Shown: positions 51,369 to 62,524 of the stretch, piece by piece | How the letters are laid out: each line of letters opens with the position of its first letter | Position numbering within the stretch: the stretch's first letter is position 1 | NCBI RefSeq assembly: GCF_963921235.1 | Contig: NC_086101.1 | Location: forward strand, 7,876,001-7,940,000 | Source: Mobula hypostoma | Taxonomy: Eukaryota | Length of the DNA: 64,000 nucleotides | Direction of reading: 5' to 3' | Translations under genes and position numbers: made by a program | The notes under the pieces: model-generated | Told to the model about the DNA's origin: nothing | Seen by the model: only the letters and a program-made list of their open reading frames with translations | Databases searched by the model: none

Positions 51369-51910
51369 CTAATTTACAAACTTTCCGATTTCGACATTCG
51401 GAATGGAACCAGAACAGATAGTCAACCAGTTTGGGTCCAATGTTTGAAAGGAAGGATAAAGTTTCTCCGAGAATCTAAAGTCGCTGATGGTGTACAGAAG
51501 GGACTTGTTGACCACATTGTAAAATGACACTGTAGCTGCTTCGTAACGGAGAAGAACTCCTACCCTTTGGGGAATGGATTCGGTACGGAGTTCCAATCGA
51601 TATGCATACATTTTGCTATCCCTCTGCCTAATGGCCCAGGTACCATTATGCGGTTTTAGTACCAGATGTCCATTCCTCTCTGCAGACTCTGCGGCGACTC
51701 CCAGAGCCCAGCGCCGATTGCTCCTCACATCCACCTTCCAGTAATGTCTGTCCGATGTGAATCCTTCCGATCCCAGAACACAAACCCCAAATATCAACCT
51801 TCGCTCAGTGTCCGGACGACTGCAGTTGGTCCTGATCCATTTCACACTCTTCCGATCCTCAGGCACCTCGAGCCGCAGATGGGCCGTTTCCACGTCCAGG
51901 GTCACAGAGG
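51369..51910 (-). CDS. Second B30.2 (PRY/SPRY) terminal exon, open frame; upstream exons unresolved
   Basis: ctcag|CC TCT GTG ACC CTG GAC (phase 1); CVLGSEGFTSDRHYWKVDV, RVGVLL, VSFYN, LYPSF; the intron end shares ctaattctctgcttctcc with the first TRIM. Confidence 0.85.
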
Positions 51911-52243
51911 CTGAGTCTAATGGGGGTGGTGGTGGGGGGAGGTAGGGGAGGAGAAGCAGAGAATTAGAACGGCCTGAGAGATCGCGGGGAGACACAGGCA
52001 GCACGGTGTCGAGCTCTGAGAAGTCTGTCGCTGAACAAATCAAATACCAGAGCTAGAACTTGTACCTGGTATATCAGCAACATTTATAGGGCAATGTAGA
52101 TAGGTACCTAGAAAAGAAAAGGAGATTGGAGGGCTATAGCGAAATGCGGGCAGATGGGACAAGTGACCTTGTCAACACAAGCAGCATGGATATGTTGAGC
52201 TAAGATCCCGTTGCATTCCTGTAGGACTTTAACTGCTTAATAC

Positions 52244-54400
52244 TGTCACGAACACGCAACGGTTTTAAAAGAACCAGCAGCGATGGAGCACACCTGGATT
52301 CTGGTTTTGATGTTAGAATCCACTATCTCCATCAGTAACTACTTAAAATAGTAACTTAGACAAGTAAAACAAAAGTTAGCAGTGTTATGCATATAGGTGT
52401 GTAAATATAATTCGCAAAGTCATTCAAACTCAGATGGCAAGATTCAAAGTCTTACGATGGTAATGTAACAAAGTTCAGTTCAATGCACGGAGTTGTTATT
52501 GTTGGTATGAGAGAGATATTTGTAATCCAAAGGCGAAATCCACGATAGGAGAGGAACAAGTAAACACGTGACATTGGTTTTCCGTTGTCAGCTCCAAATC
52601 CAGAGACGAAGTTTCACCGAAAATGATCTTCACAGAATATCCTTTCTCACAAGTGGTTACCACAGTACCACGCCCGATTTCAGCTACGGGTCATCCCAAA
52701 GTGGTCGCCACAGGATACTCAAACCGAATCCACGTATGGATTATCACCAACAGTAGCTTATCACAAAGGGGACCATCCTCAAGGGAAAACTACCACCTAG
52801 GCAAGGGTAGACACACCGGTAGATTCCACAAGGTTATGCTAATCACACAATGTGATAGCCACTTATCCAGTTCCACGAGATGCGAAATAACTGCAACAGT
52901 GATTTGCCACAGGGGTGCCTTATTCAGTGAACTACCACGCACAGACAAGAGTAAACACACACTTGGTATTCCCAAAGGTTTCCCCTCACCAGAGAACCCA
53001 CTCCTGTGGATTAACTATGTGACAATCACACCTTCGTATTCGAATGGAGTCAAACTCACCCTTATGGGCTTCTTGGAGAGAGTGCAAATAGTGATCTCAT
53101 TGTCACTAGGTTTCTTTTGTTTCAAACCTTTCTCTCCTCTTCTAGCTGCAACTGCTTCTAGTTGCAGCAACTTGTGAGAGTCATTTATCAATACTCTGGA
53201 TCGATACTCAACTCAGCCCTTGTGGACTACTGAAATAGTCAGTAGTCAGTAGAAATCCAACAGGGCAAAAGTCAGTCTCAATTCTCTCGGCGTTTTACAC
53301 TGACAGTCCACAGAAAAAAAAAACCCTCGGGTGTACATAACACCTACCCCGAGAAAGCAAAATTTTGCTATAGGAGCAAAAATTTTAACTGTGGATTACA
53401 GAGTATAAAGCAATACATATGTGCTTATCATGTAGCACATTTCAGAAGCGTATGAAAATAATAGTTTCTATTTAGCTCTTAAACGTAGCATCCAAACAGT
53501 CAATCTACCATGATATTGTCTTTAACTTTCACATGCCTTATTACAAAATAAAATTCCTGCAAAACCAGATCCTGTTGTGTACAAAATGGCGGTTGGTCAA
53601 CCATTTCTCGTGTCCAACTCACAACAGAACAATTTGCCATCACGTGATCACCTTTCTTACCAGCTCGAATAGGAATTTCAAAGACTGCCTGAACTATACC
53701 CTGAACAGGTGCCGACTCATCACTCATGTTTTCTCAACTAATCACATCCGTTGAACTTACTGAAGTCATGTTGACCTTGTAATACGTTCCGAACAAGTCA
53801 TGAATTCTATTTCCAAGACCATTAGTTGCATATGTTTCCATAGTAACATCTACAGATGGTCCCTCTTGGTCAAAACAACACTTCCCTTTGTTTTGCGAAG
53901 TCTCCAAACCCTGTCTCTCCAAATCACAATCTTGAAAAAACAAAACCACAACCTCGGGCTTGTATACTTTTAAATTCCAAAACAAAATTTAACAAACTAA
54001 CAGGCACTTTCTCACCTAACCCTTGTCCCTCCAGCAAGGTCAAAGGTCTTGAAACCAATCCAGACTTCAGAAAATGACTGAATTCCTCTCCGACCAAATC
54101 AGACAGCTTAGGCTTTAACTGAGTTTCAACACAATGTTCAGCATCCTGCAGGTTGACAGATGCTTCAACAACCTGAACACAGGCAATTGGGAATGCTTCC
54201 TCTTCCAGGCTTTCATCAATAGTCCCAGCTTCAAATTCTACTTTACCCTGATCATCCCAGATATTCTCTTGGAATCTCTCATTAGGGATAAACTTAACCT
54301 TGTAGGTTAAAACATACTCATCTGCTGGTCTGGCAGATTCTTGCAAAGTAGTAGCATCTTTTTTATTTAGGAACGTCCTTATTTCATCAGGAACCACGCA
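52244..54400 (-). mobile_element. Truncated Gypsy element: 3' LTR (52244-53342), PPT and deleted internal region, possibly Gmr1-like
   Basis: Minus strand ggggtagg|TGTTATG...CGTGACA; gag-like PDEIRTFLN...ARPADEYVLT; an RNase-H-end-like LVLQEFYFVIRHVKVKDNIMVD directly precedes the 3' UTR. Confidence 0.7.
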
Positions 54401-57041
54401 CCTACACTCTCATCAAATTCATTAACATGAATAACAAACAGAATGGAGGCAGCAACGATGCCGGTGGTTCAGCTCTGGTCACGGACATCCAGTGTGAAAA
54501 ACAACCCTCCACCACCACCCTCTACCTCCAACCACAAACCAGTTTTGTATCAGCTCACCCAGGATCTCATGCCACAGGGGCTGTTCCTGTGGGGTAAAGT
54601 TCAGTATATGATGTTCAAATTATCTCAGCAATACCCCAGCAAATTCTTCCTTGGCTTCCCCACAAGGTCCGAGGATGGACATGATCAGGCCCCAAGAGTT
54701 TATCAGCTTTATGAGTTTAAGACTTCCAGCATCACCTCCTGTTTGTCGTGTTTCAGGACAATACTATTTATTCTCTTTCCAAAATTCACCAGCTTCTATT
54801 CCCTTCTCCACAGTAAACACAGACGAGGGGAACCAGACCTCACTCATCCCTTTTTGCTCCACACACGGACACTGCAGGGGAACTTTTCTCTCACTATTTC
54901 TCTTCAGATCAATGGACAGACTGAACTGAGGGAGGACAGAAAGGGCCGGGGAGTAAATAGAGATGTGGAACAGGAGGGTAAACAGACATCTTGTGAGTGA
55001 GGATCCTGAACAGGGTTTGGAGGGGTTCGGGATCAACATGTTCCGATTAGAGTGAAGGTCAGCAGTGCTGGGATGAGGTATCCCTGGCTGACGAGGATTA
55101 TTCAGACTCTAATCAGGAAAATGATGGAGTTGTTTGTCAGGTGAAAGTAACTGGGATGAAGTAATTCCCTTGTGAAATAGAAGGAACGTAGGAGTAGAAG
55201 GAATGAAGAGGGAAATCGGGAGGGCAAAAAGAAGCCACAACATAACTAGCAGATTCTGTGAATATGTTGGAAGAAAAAGAGTAATTAGTGATATGTCCCT
55301 TGAAGGATCAGTTTGAATCTGGGGATTTCAGTGAGGAGAATAGTAATGTCCTGAAACATAACATCCTGTTTCAACTTTGACCCTCTCACGTTAAAGCTTT
55401 ATCCTCTACATAGTGTCCTCAGAGAGATCACACTGCTGGGCCTGTCTCAAAGGTAGAAGAATAAGAGGTGGTCTGACTGAGACAGACACAGTCTCACAGG
55501 GTATTGACAGAGCAGAGGCAGGAATGATGTTTCACCTGGCTGGTGTGTGGAACCACAGTTCACAGACTCAAAATAACACGTCTCCTCATCAGGACTGAGA
55601 TGAGAAAGTTCGTCACCCAGAATGCAGTGAAACTTTGGAATTCTCTCCACAATGTTTCTCGATTTTTGGAGCTCCGTGATGATGGGGATGGCACATAAAG
55701 CATAAAGTGGAGCTGAGGTCAAAGGTCAGATGTTCTGAGTGAAGGACAGGACAGACACAAAGGACCAAATAGCCACATCTGCTGCTATTTCTTAGTGTCT
55801 TAATACACATATGTATATTTGTGCCATTTCATGTCTTGGCCTTCAGTCTGTTGGATTACACAGGGTTAACCAATTCACTCTGTGTAGAGCGTCCTCTGTA
55901 CCCCATTTTTGCTGTACTCAGTCCAAAGTTCAAAGTAAATTTATTATCAAACGACATATATGTCACCATATACAAACCTGAGATTCATTTTCTTGTGGGC
56001 ATACTCAATAAATCCAACAATCACAATAGAATCAATGAAAGACTGCACAAACAGGGCAGACAACCAGTGTGCAAAAGACAACAAACTGCGAATACAAGGA
56101 GAAAGAAAAACAAGAAATAGTGATAAATAAATAAATATACAATAAACATTAAGAACATGAGATGAAGTGTACTTGAAAGTGAGTCCATAGGTTTGTGGGA
56201 ACAGTTCAGTGATGGGGCGAGTGAATTTGAAGTTATCTGAACCAGATCATGTGAGTCCTGGTAGCAGCAGTGAGAAGAGATCATGAGCTGGGTGTTGGGG
56301 GTGTGCAGATTTCCTGCAACAGTGGTCTGTGTAGATGTGCTCAATGCTGGGGTATTGGGGATTCCATACCAGACTGTGATGCAGCCAATCAATATGCTCT
56401 CCACCACACACCTATACAAGCTTATCAAGGTTTTAGATGTTGTGCTAAACCTTGGCAACCCCCGGAGGAAACAGAACCGCTGTCTGCTTTCTTTCTAATT
56501 GTACTGAATTGTGCTGGGCCCCAGTCAGTAACTCTGAAATGATAACGCCGAGGAATTTAAAGTGGCTGACCCTCTCCACCTCCGATCTTCCAATGTGAGC
56601 TGGCTCATTGACATCTAGTTCCCTCTTCCCGAAGTCAATAATCAGCTCCTTTGTCTTGCTGACATTAAGAGTTTGTTGTTCTGGTGCCACTCACCCAGAT
56701 TTTCAATCTCCCTCCGATATGCTGATTCATCACTACGTTTGATTGGCCTGAGATAGTGGTGTCACCAACAAATTTAAACATGGCATTGGAGCTGTGCTTA
56801 GCTCCAGATTCAGAAGTATAAATCGAGTCCAGCAGGGGTCCAAGAACACAGCCTTGTGGTGCACCTGTGCTGATGGAGATTGTGGAGGAGATGTTACCAA
56901 TCTGACATGACAAGGGTGTGCAAGTGCAGAAATTGAGGATCCATTTGCACAAGGAGCTTTTGAGGCCAAGATCATGAAGCTTAGTGAATCGTCTTGAGAG
57001 CCTGACAGTATTGAATGCTGAGCCGACTTTGATAAAGAGCA

Positions 57042-57525
57042 AACAACAGGAATTCTGCAGATGTTGGTAATTCAAGCAACACACATAAAAGTTGTTGGTG
57101 AACGCAACAGGCCAGGCAGCATCTCTAGGAAGAGGTGCAGTCGACGTTTCAGGCCGAGACCCTTCGTCAGGACTAACTGAAGGAAGAGTGAGTAAGGGAT
57201 TTGAAAGTTGGAGGAGGAGGGGGAGATCCAAAATGATAGGAGAAGACAGGAGGGGGAGGAATGGAGCCGAGAGCTGGACAGGTGATAGGCAAAAGGGATA
57301 CGAGAGGATCATGGGACAGGAGGTCCGGGAAGAAAGACAAGGGGGGGGGACCCAGAGGATGGGCAAGGGGTATATTCAGAGGGACAGAGGGAGAAAAAGG
57401 AGAGTGAGAGAAAGAATGTGTGTATAAAAATAAGTAACAGATGGGGTACAAGGGGGAGATGGGGCCTTAGCGGAAGTTAGAGAAGTCGATGTTCATGCCA
57501 TCAGGTTGGAGGCTACCCAGATAAA
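57042..57525 (-). mobile_element. Penelope-like 3' end with 11-bp TSD
   Basis: gataaagagca at 57031-57041 and 57526-57536; ORF end (GSLQPDGMNIDFSNF), pyrimidine-rich UTR and tail. Confidence 0.88.
57138..57175 (-). ncRNA. Minimal type I hammerhead ribozyme motif, core intact
   Basis: agtc-CUGACGA-agggtctcggcct-GAAA-cGUC-gact. Confidence 0.85.
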
Positions 57526-57893
57526 GATAAAGAGCATCTTGATATGTTCATCTCTGCTGTCCAGGTGTGGCCTGTATCTGGCCACAACCCTCCATTCCCT
57601 ATCTGTTCATGTGTTTGACTAATTCCCACTGAAATGTTGTTGTTGAATCTAGTTCCACCACCTCCCCTGGCAGCACGTTCCAGGCACCAACCATTGCCTG
57701 TGCAAAGAAAAAACTTGCAACATCAATCTCCTTTAAACCTTCTCCTCTCACCTTTTATTTACCCCCTGTAGTATTTGACATTCCCACGCTGAGGATAAAG
57801 AGACTCTGACTGTCTATAATGTCTGTGTCAGTTGTTGCTGACTTTTCCCTCGACAGGGGCTGAGTCACTGTGTTCCCAGACTTCTGTACCCTG

Positions 57894-59062
57894 TGTAACG
57901 CCCTGGGTCACATTTTTACTGTTCTGCTGTAGGTATTTCATTCAGCAGCTCTGTAAGATCAGTCTGTTCTGCTCTCAGCCTGTTTGGGTTATTGTTCAAG
58001 ATGAGGGATGATGAGGAATGTGTGTCATCCAGTCAGGATGGTGGAACTAGGGGGAGGTTTTTCTGGTGAGGGGCACTAAAGTTGGGCTTGGGGCTTTTGT
58101 TCGGCGGCAGATGAAGAGAGAAGACGCTGGAGAGAACAGGTCGTAAGATTTGATCCGATGAGGGACCGTGATTTGATGAAGCCAAGTGGCACAATTCTCA
58201 TTTCATAGAGAGACGGATGTGTGAGTACGGAGGAACTTCTGGAAACTTCTGAAATGCCCGCCTCGCTGCCGCTGCTACTGTGTGGTAACCGGAATCTCCG
58301 AAGCAGAAGGCCCCGAAATCCTCGGCTTTGCGTGTTTCAGCGGCCGTGGCGAGGTCGAGGGCGCTCGGCAGGCTGTATCAGAGGGCTGGTTGGAAGCTTG
58401 AAGTTTTCGGACGGATGCACACAGTGTTGGCTGTGGTCGGCTGCTTCCAAGGCATCGGCAAGTTGACGGTACCTGGAGGTTTATGACAGGGAGTTTCTCC
58501 CTTTTGCCGCCTGCTATCGGGGACTTTTGAGACTTTATTTACCGTGCCCATGGTTTGTTCTTCAACAAAATATGGTATTGCTTTGCACTGCTGTAACTAT
58601 ATGCTATAATTATGTGGTTCTGTCAGTGTTAGTCTTTGGTTTGTCCTGTTTTCTGTGATATCACTCCGGAGAAACATTGTATCATTTCTTAATGCATGTA
58701 CGGATTTCTAAATGACAATAAAAGAGGACTGAGTGTTCTCATAATTTAAGATTGATTGAGGATTGGTGAATATAGTGAACCGTTGACCTCCAACTGCACA
58801 GTTGATTGTTTAATTAAAATGGCCTTTCTCTTTTTTTTTCTTTACTAACTCTTTAGTTAAGTTTCATAAATGTATTTGCTTTGTTCGAATGCAGTGTCGT
58901 GTCTGTTACTCCGTGGCACTAATGTCTAACAGGGTAGCAAATTACACAGCATCCACACAAACCGGGGTTTCGGGTACGAGAGCCGTCTCAATCTCACAAG
59001 TTTGACGGGACCAAGCAGTGTCTTCCCAAGACTTACACAGACAAGGAAACCAGAGGCTTTCG
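57894..59062 (+). mobile_element. Probable solo LTR (with a further nested repeat)
   Basis: Absent from the paralogous site (tgtac-cttg-tgatcc near 31065); starts TGTAACG, ends TTTCG (decayed CA), flanked by cctg/cttg. Confidence 0.7.
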
Positions 59063-59321
59063 CTTGTGATCCCCTCAGTCTGTGATGCTCCCTCCCTGGT
59101 AAGGACCGTGGGGGGGGGGGGGGGGGGTTCCAGAGTAATTCCCCACAACCCCTGCTGGACAGTGGGGAGCGGCGAGAGTGCACTTGGCATCTGTTGACAC
59201 AATCCGTCCCGACTGGGTGAAAGCAGAGTGTGAGAGCGAATAACTGGAGCAATTCCGCCACCTGCTGGCCGCACAGGGCATGAAGAATATGATATTTAAG
59301 ATTCATTGTGTTATTTTCTGA

Positions 59322-60695
59322 TTCAAGTCAAGTCAAGTCAAGTCACTTTTTATTGTCATTTCGACAATAAATGCTGGGACAGTATACAGTAAAAACGAGA
59401 CAACGTTTTTCGGGGCTATGGTGCAATATGAAACAATACAAAAACTACACTGAACTACGTAAAACAACACAAAAACTACACTAGACTACAGACCTACCCA
59501 GGACTGCATAAAATGCACAAAACAGTGCAGGCATTACAGAAGATAATAAACCAGACAATAGACACAGTAGAGGGCAGTAGGTTGGTGTTAGTCCAGCTCT
59601 GGGTATTGAGGAGTCTGATGGCTTGGGGGAAGAAACTGTTATATGGTCTGGTCGTGAGAGCCCGAATGCTTCATGCCTTTTGCCAGATGGCAGGAGGGAG
59701 AAGAGCTTGTATGAGAGGAGCGTGGGGTCCTTCATAATGCTGTTTGCTTTCTGGATGCAGCATGTGGTGTAAATGTCTGTAATGGCGGGAAGAAAGACAC
59801 CGATGATCTTCTCAGCTGACCTCACTGTCCGCTGCAGGGTCTTGTGATCCAAGATGGTGCAATTTCCGAACCAGACAGTGATGCAGCTGCTCAGGATGCT
59901 CTCAATACAACCTCTGTAGAATGTGGTGAGGATGGGGGGTGGGAGATGGACTTTTCTCATCCTTGGCAGAAAGTAGAGACGCTGCTGGGTTTTCTTTGCT
60001 ATGGAGCTGGTGTTGAGGGACCAGGTGAGATTCACCGCCAGGCGAACACAAAGAAATTTGGTGCTCTTAACAATCTCTACGGAGGAGTCGTCGATGTTCA
60101 GCGGAGAGTGGTCGCTCCGTGTCCTCCTGAAGTCAACAGCCATCTCTTTTGTTTTGTTCACATTCAGGGACAGGTTGTTGGCTCTGCACCAGTCCGTTAG
60201 CTGCTGCACCTCCTCTCTGTATGCTGACTCATCGTTCTTGCTGATGAGACCAACCACAGTCATGTCATTTGCGAACTTGATGATGTGGTTCGAGCTGTGT
60301 GTTGCAGCACAGTCGTGGGTCAGCAGAGTGAACAGCAGTGGATTGAGCACACCGCCCTGGGGGCCCCCCGTGCTCAGTGTGATGGTGTTGGAGATGCTGC
60401 TTCCGATTCGGATTGACTTAGATCTCCCAGTCAGGAAGTCTAGGATCCAGTTGCAGAGGGAGGTGTTCAGGCCCAGTAGGCTCAGCTTTCCAATCAGTTT
60501 CTGAGGAATGATGGTGTTGAATGCTGAACTGAAGTCTATGAACAGCATTCGATCGTACGTGACTTTTTTGTCCAAGGTGAGTTAGGGCCAGGTGGAGGGT
60601 GATGGCAATGGCGTTGTCTGCTGAACAGTTGGGACGGTGCGCGAACAGCAGGAGGTCCAGTGAGGGGGGCAGCAGGGTCTTGATCTGCCTCATGA
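59322..60695 (-). mobile_element. Rex1/Babar LINE, 5'-truncated RT
   Basis: ORF 59481-60575: [29 protein letters not shown]; 3' tail (ttgac)n. Confidence 0.92.
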
Positions 60696-60985
60696 CGAGC
60701 TCAGCTCAGGGTATTCACATATGCATTGACAAACAATCGAGATGCTGCACACGTGTTCAAGGCCACAAGAAAACACCTCATTAGAACCAGCACAAATGGA
60801 ACCCAGATAGAAAAATCAAAAGTCTGCAGTAATTGCAGCACAGAATCAAAATAATTCTTATCATTCACTGAGACGATCTCTGCAATGTCAGAAGGGTGTC
60901 ACAGATCCAACAATTGTTCTCACAGCTCCCCATCCCTAGTCCCTCTCCCCTCATCCCTATCTTTTCTAAATTTCGGCACTAACAC

Positions 60986-61296
60986 CGGTGGTGATCTAGC
61001 CTCAGAGAATACTCTCCCATTGCACAAAGAAAACGCCCCTTTTTATACCATTTAAGATTCCATCGAAGCATAACATAATCATCGCCCCAGTATTTTTCTG
61101 TAGCTTGGTGGTTCCAGCTGAACCCTCTTATCCATAATGACCTGCAGCCCAGACACAGAATTTCGGAAGAAAGTAACATCGGGGATGTAAAGAGGAAATC
61201 ATCCTTCATTGGTATTTCATCTTCATGATATGCATTCGAAATAGGGACAAGAAATTGGTGAATCAGAGGGAAAACAGGCCATTACCACATCCCAAC
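60986..61296 (-). pseudogene. Possible decayed Ig V-type exon
   Basis: Acceptor gtgtcag|GT TGG GAT GTG GTA ATG GCC TGT (DVVMAC); YFE-C at +14 where W is expected; later GDDYVMLRWNLKWYKKGRFLC...LRLD. Needs frameshifts; donor weak. Confidence 0.3.
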
Positions 61297-61442
61297 CTGA
61301 CACAATTTTGTCTTTGAAATTCCATTTTAATTTGGCATGTGCCAAGGAGGAATCAAAATTAACTCTTTCCTTACACAGGGAAATGCACGTTCTTCAGTGT
61401 CTCCCGGAGATGAGACAGGGGTACAGTTCTGCCGGAACTCAC

Positions 61443-61463
61443 CGGAGCGCTGATCCGGCACCT
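61443..61463 (-). other. Candidate 21-nt microexon
   Basis: ttttttttacag|AGGTGCCGGATCAGCGCTCCG|gtgagt: near-consensus sites, frame-preserving. Confidence 0.45.
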
Positions 61464-61699
61464 CTGTAAAAAAAAAGTCAAAATAAACAAGCGGGGAATT
61501 TAACAGCGGCCGCATATTAAATAGAGGGAATTTTACGGAAGCGGGTTTTTTTTTCAGAGGAGGTGGTGGCTGGTGGGGAAAATACCACTGATAACATTAT
61601 TTGATCGTTTTAGGTGAAATCCTGGAGCTGTGACTGTTTTTGTGAAATACCTCCTCGCTCGACCCGTTGTCCCAGCATACCCTGCTGTAGCCTCCCGCC

Positions 61700-61885
61700 A
61701 TTCCACAGGTCCTCAGTCTCTCTCCAGCACTCGTTGTTTGAGGTTTGTTCGCCGAGAAAATAAAATCTTAGATATTTTGAAAAGTGGCATGTCGCTTGCC
61801 GAAGTGGGCCATAAGGTCGGTTAGAATGAATTGAGCATTCGCACAATAAAGCAGAAAGAATCTGAAATTTTTCCTTCTGCATATT
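61700..61885 (+). mobile_element. Tigger/pogo transposase N-terminal HTH fragment
   Basis: KILDILKSGMSLAEVGHKVG*NELSIRTIKQKE. Confidence 0.65.
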
Positions 61886-61899
61886 ATTTAGCTCAGAAT

Positions 61900-62515
61900 G
61901 ACAGACCATACTCTGATCACTTTGGCGTATTGGAACTTTAAAAAAAAGGTATTGACATTGGAACTGGACTGCATTCCCACACTTGTGCGACAGAGATAAT
62001 TAATCACAGAGCCATTAATATGAAAAAGAAAATTTGCCAGCATCTCAAACAGATAAATGGCAAATTTTCTGTTCTCATTGATGATTCAACAAGCCTGAGC
62101 ATTAAGACCGCCTTAATAGTTTACCTGAGATGTGAAAGCGATAAGGAAGTTGATCCCATTTTATGTTTTTCGATCTAATTGAATTGCCTGATCAGAAAGC
62201 TGCAACTATTGCTAAGCATCTATTGAACTGTCTCAATAACCATGGGTTTGACGACTCTTACTTGAAACAGAATCTTGTAGCATTTTCTACAATTCTCATT
62301 TAATTCAAGAATCATTTAATGGACAAATTGTTCTGTGTTTACAGTAGATCACCTCTAAATCAAAAGGAACTGTCTGAATGTGTCTCTCAACTGCAACAAC
62401 AAATTTGCAAAATAGGCCATGTTCTGGGTACCAGGTGAGTAGCTAGCTCGTTTTGAACAGTTTCAGCAATGTGGCAAAATTATGAAGCACTGTGATTTCA
62501 TTTCGAAAAAGCAAT
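61900..62515 (+). mobile_element. hAT transposase fragment, frameshifted
   Basis: GIDIGTGLHS, FSVLIDDSTSLSIKTALIVYLR, DLIELPDQKAATIAKHLLNCL. Confidence 0.75.
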
Positions 62516-62524
62516 GAAGGATGA

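Larger units (their letters stand above)
55925..57565 (-). mobile_element. Degraded Rex1/Babar LINE carrying a Penelope 3'-end insertion
   Basis: GAPQGCVLGPLL, NVSKTKELIIDF, YRCVVESILIGCITVWYG. Confidence 0.8.

Noticed and set aside
52623..53177. 184-aa ORF
   Set aside because: Antisense within an LTR, with no recognisable domain.
54400..54490. Hydrophobic minus-strand peptide (ASLLPPFCLLFMLMNLMRV) as a signal or transmembrane exon
   Set aside because: It ends in TAG before the donor-like site and abuts the Gypsy breakpoint; support is insufficient.
56665..57366. 233-aa ORF
   Set aside because: Chance read-through from the Penelope UTR into degraded Rex RT.
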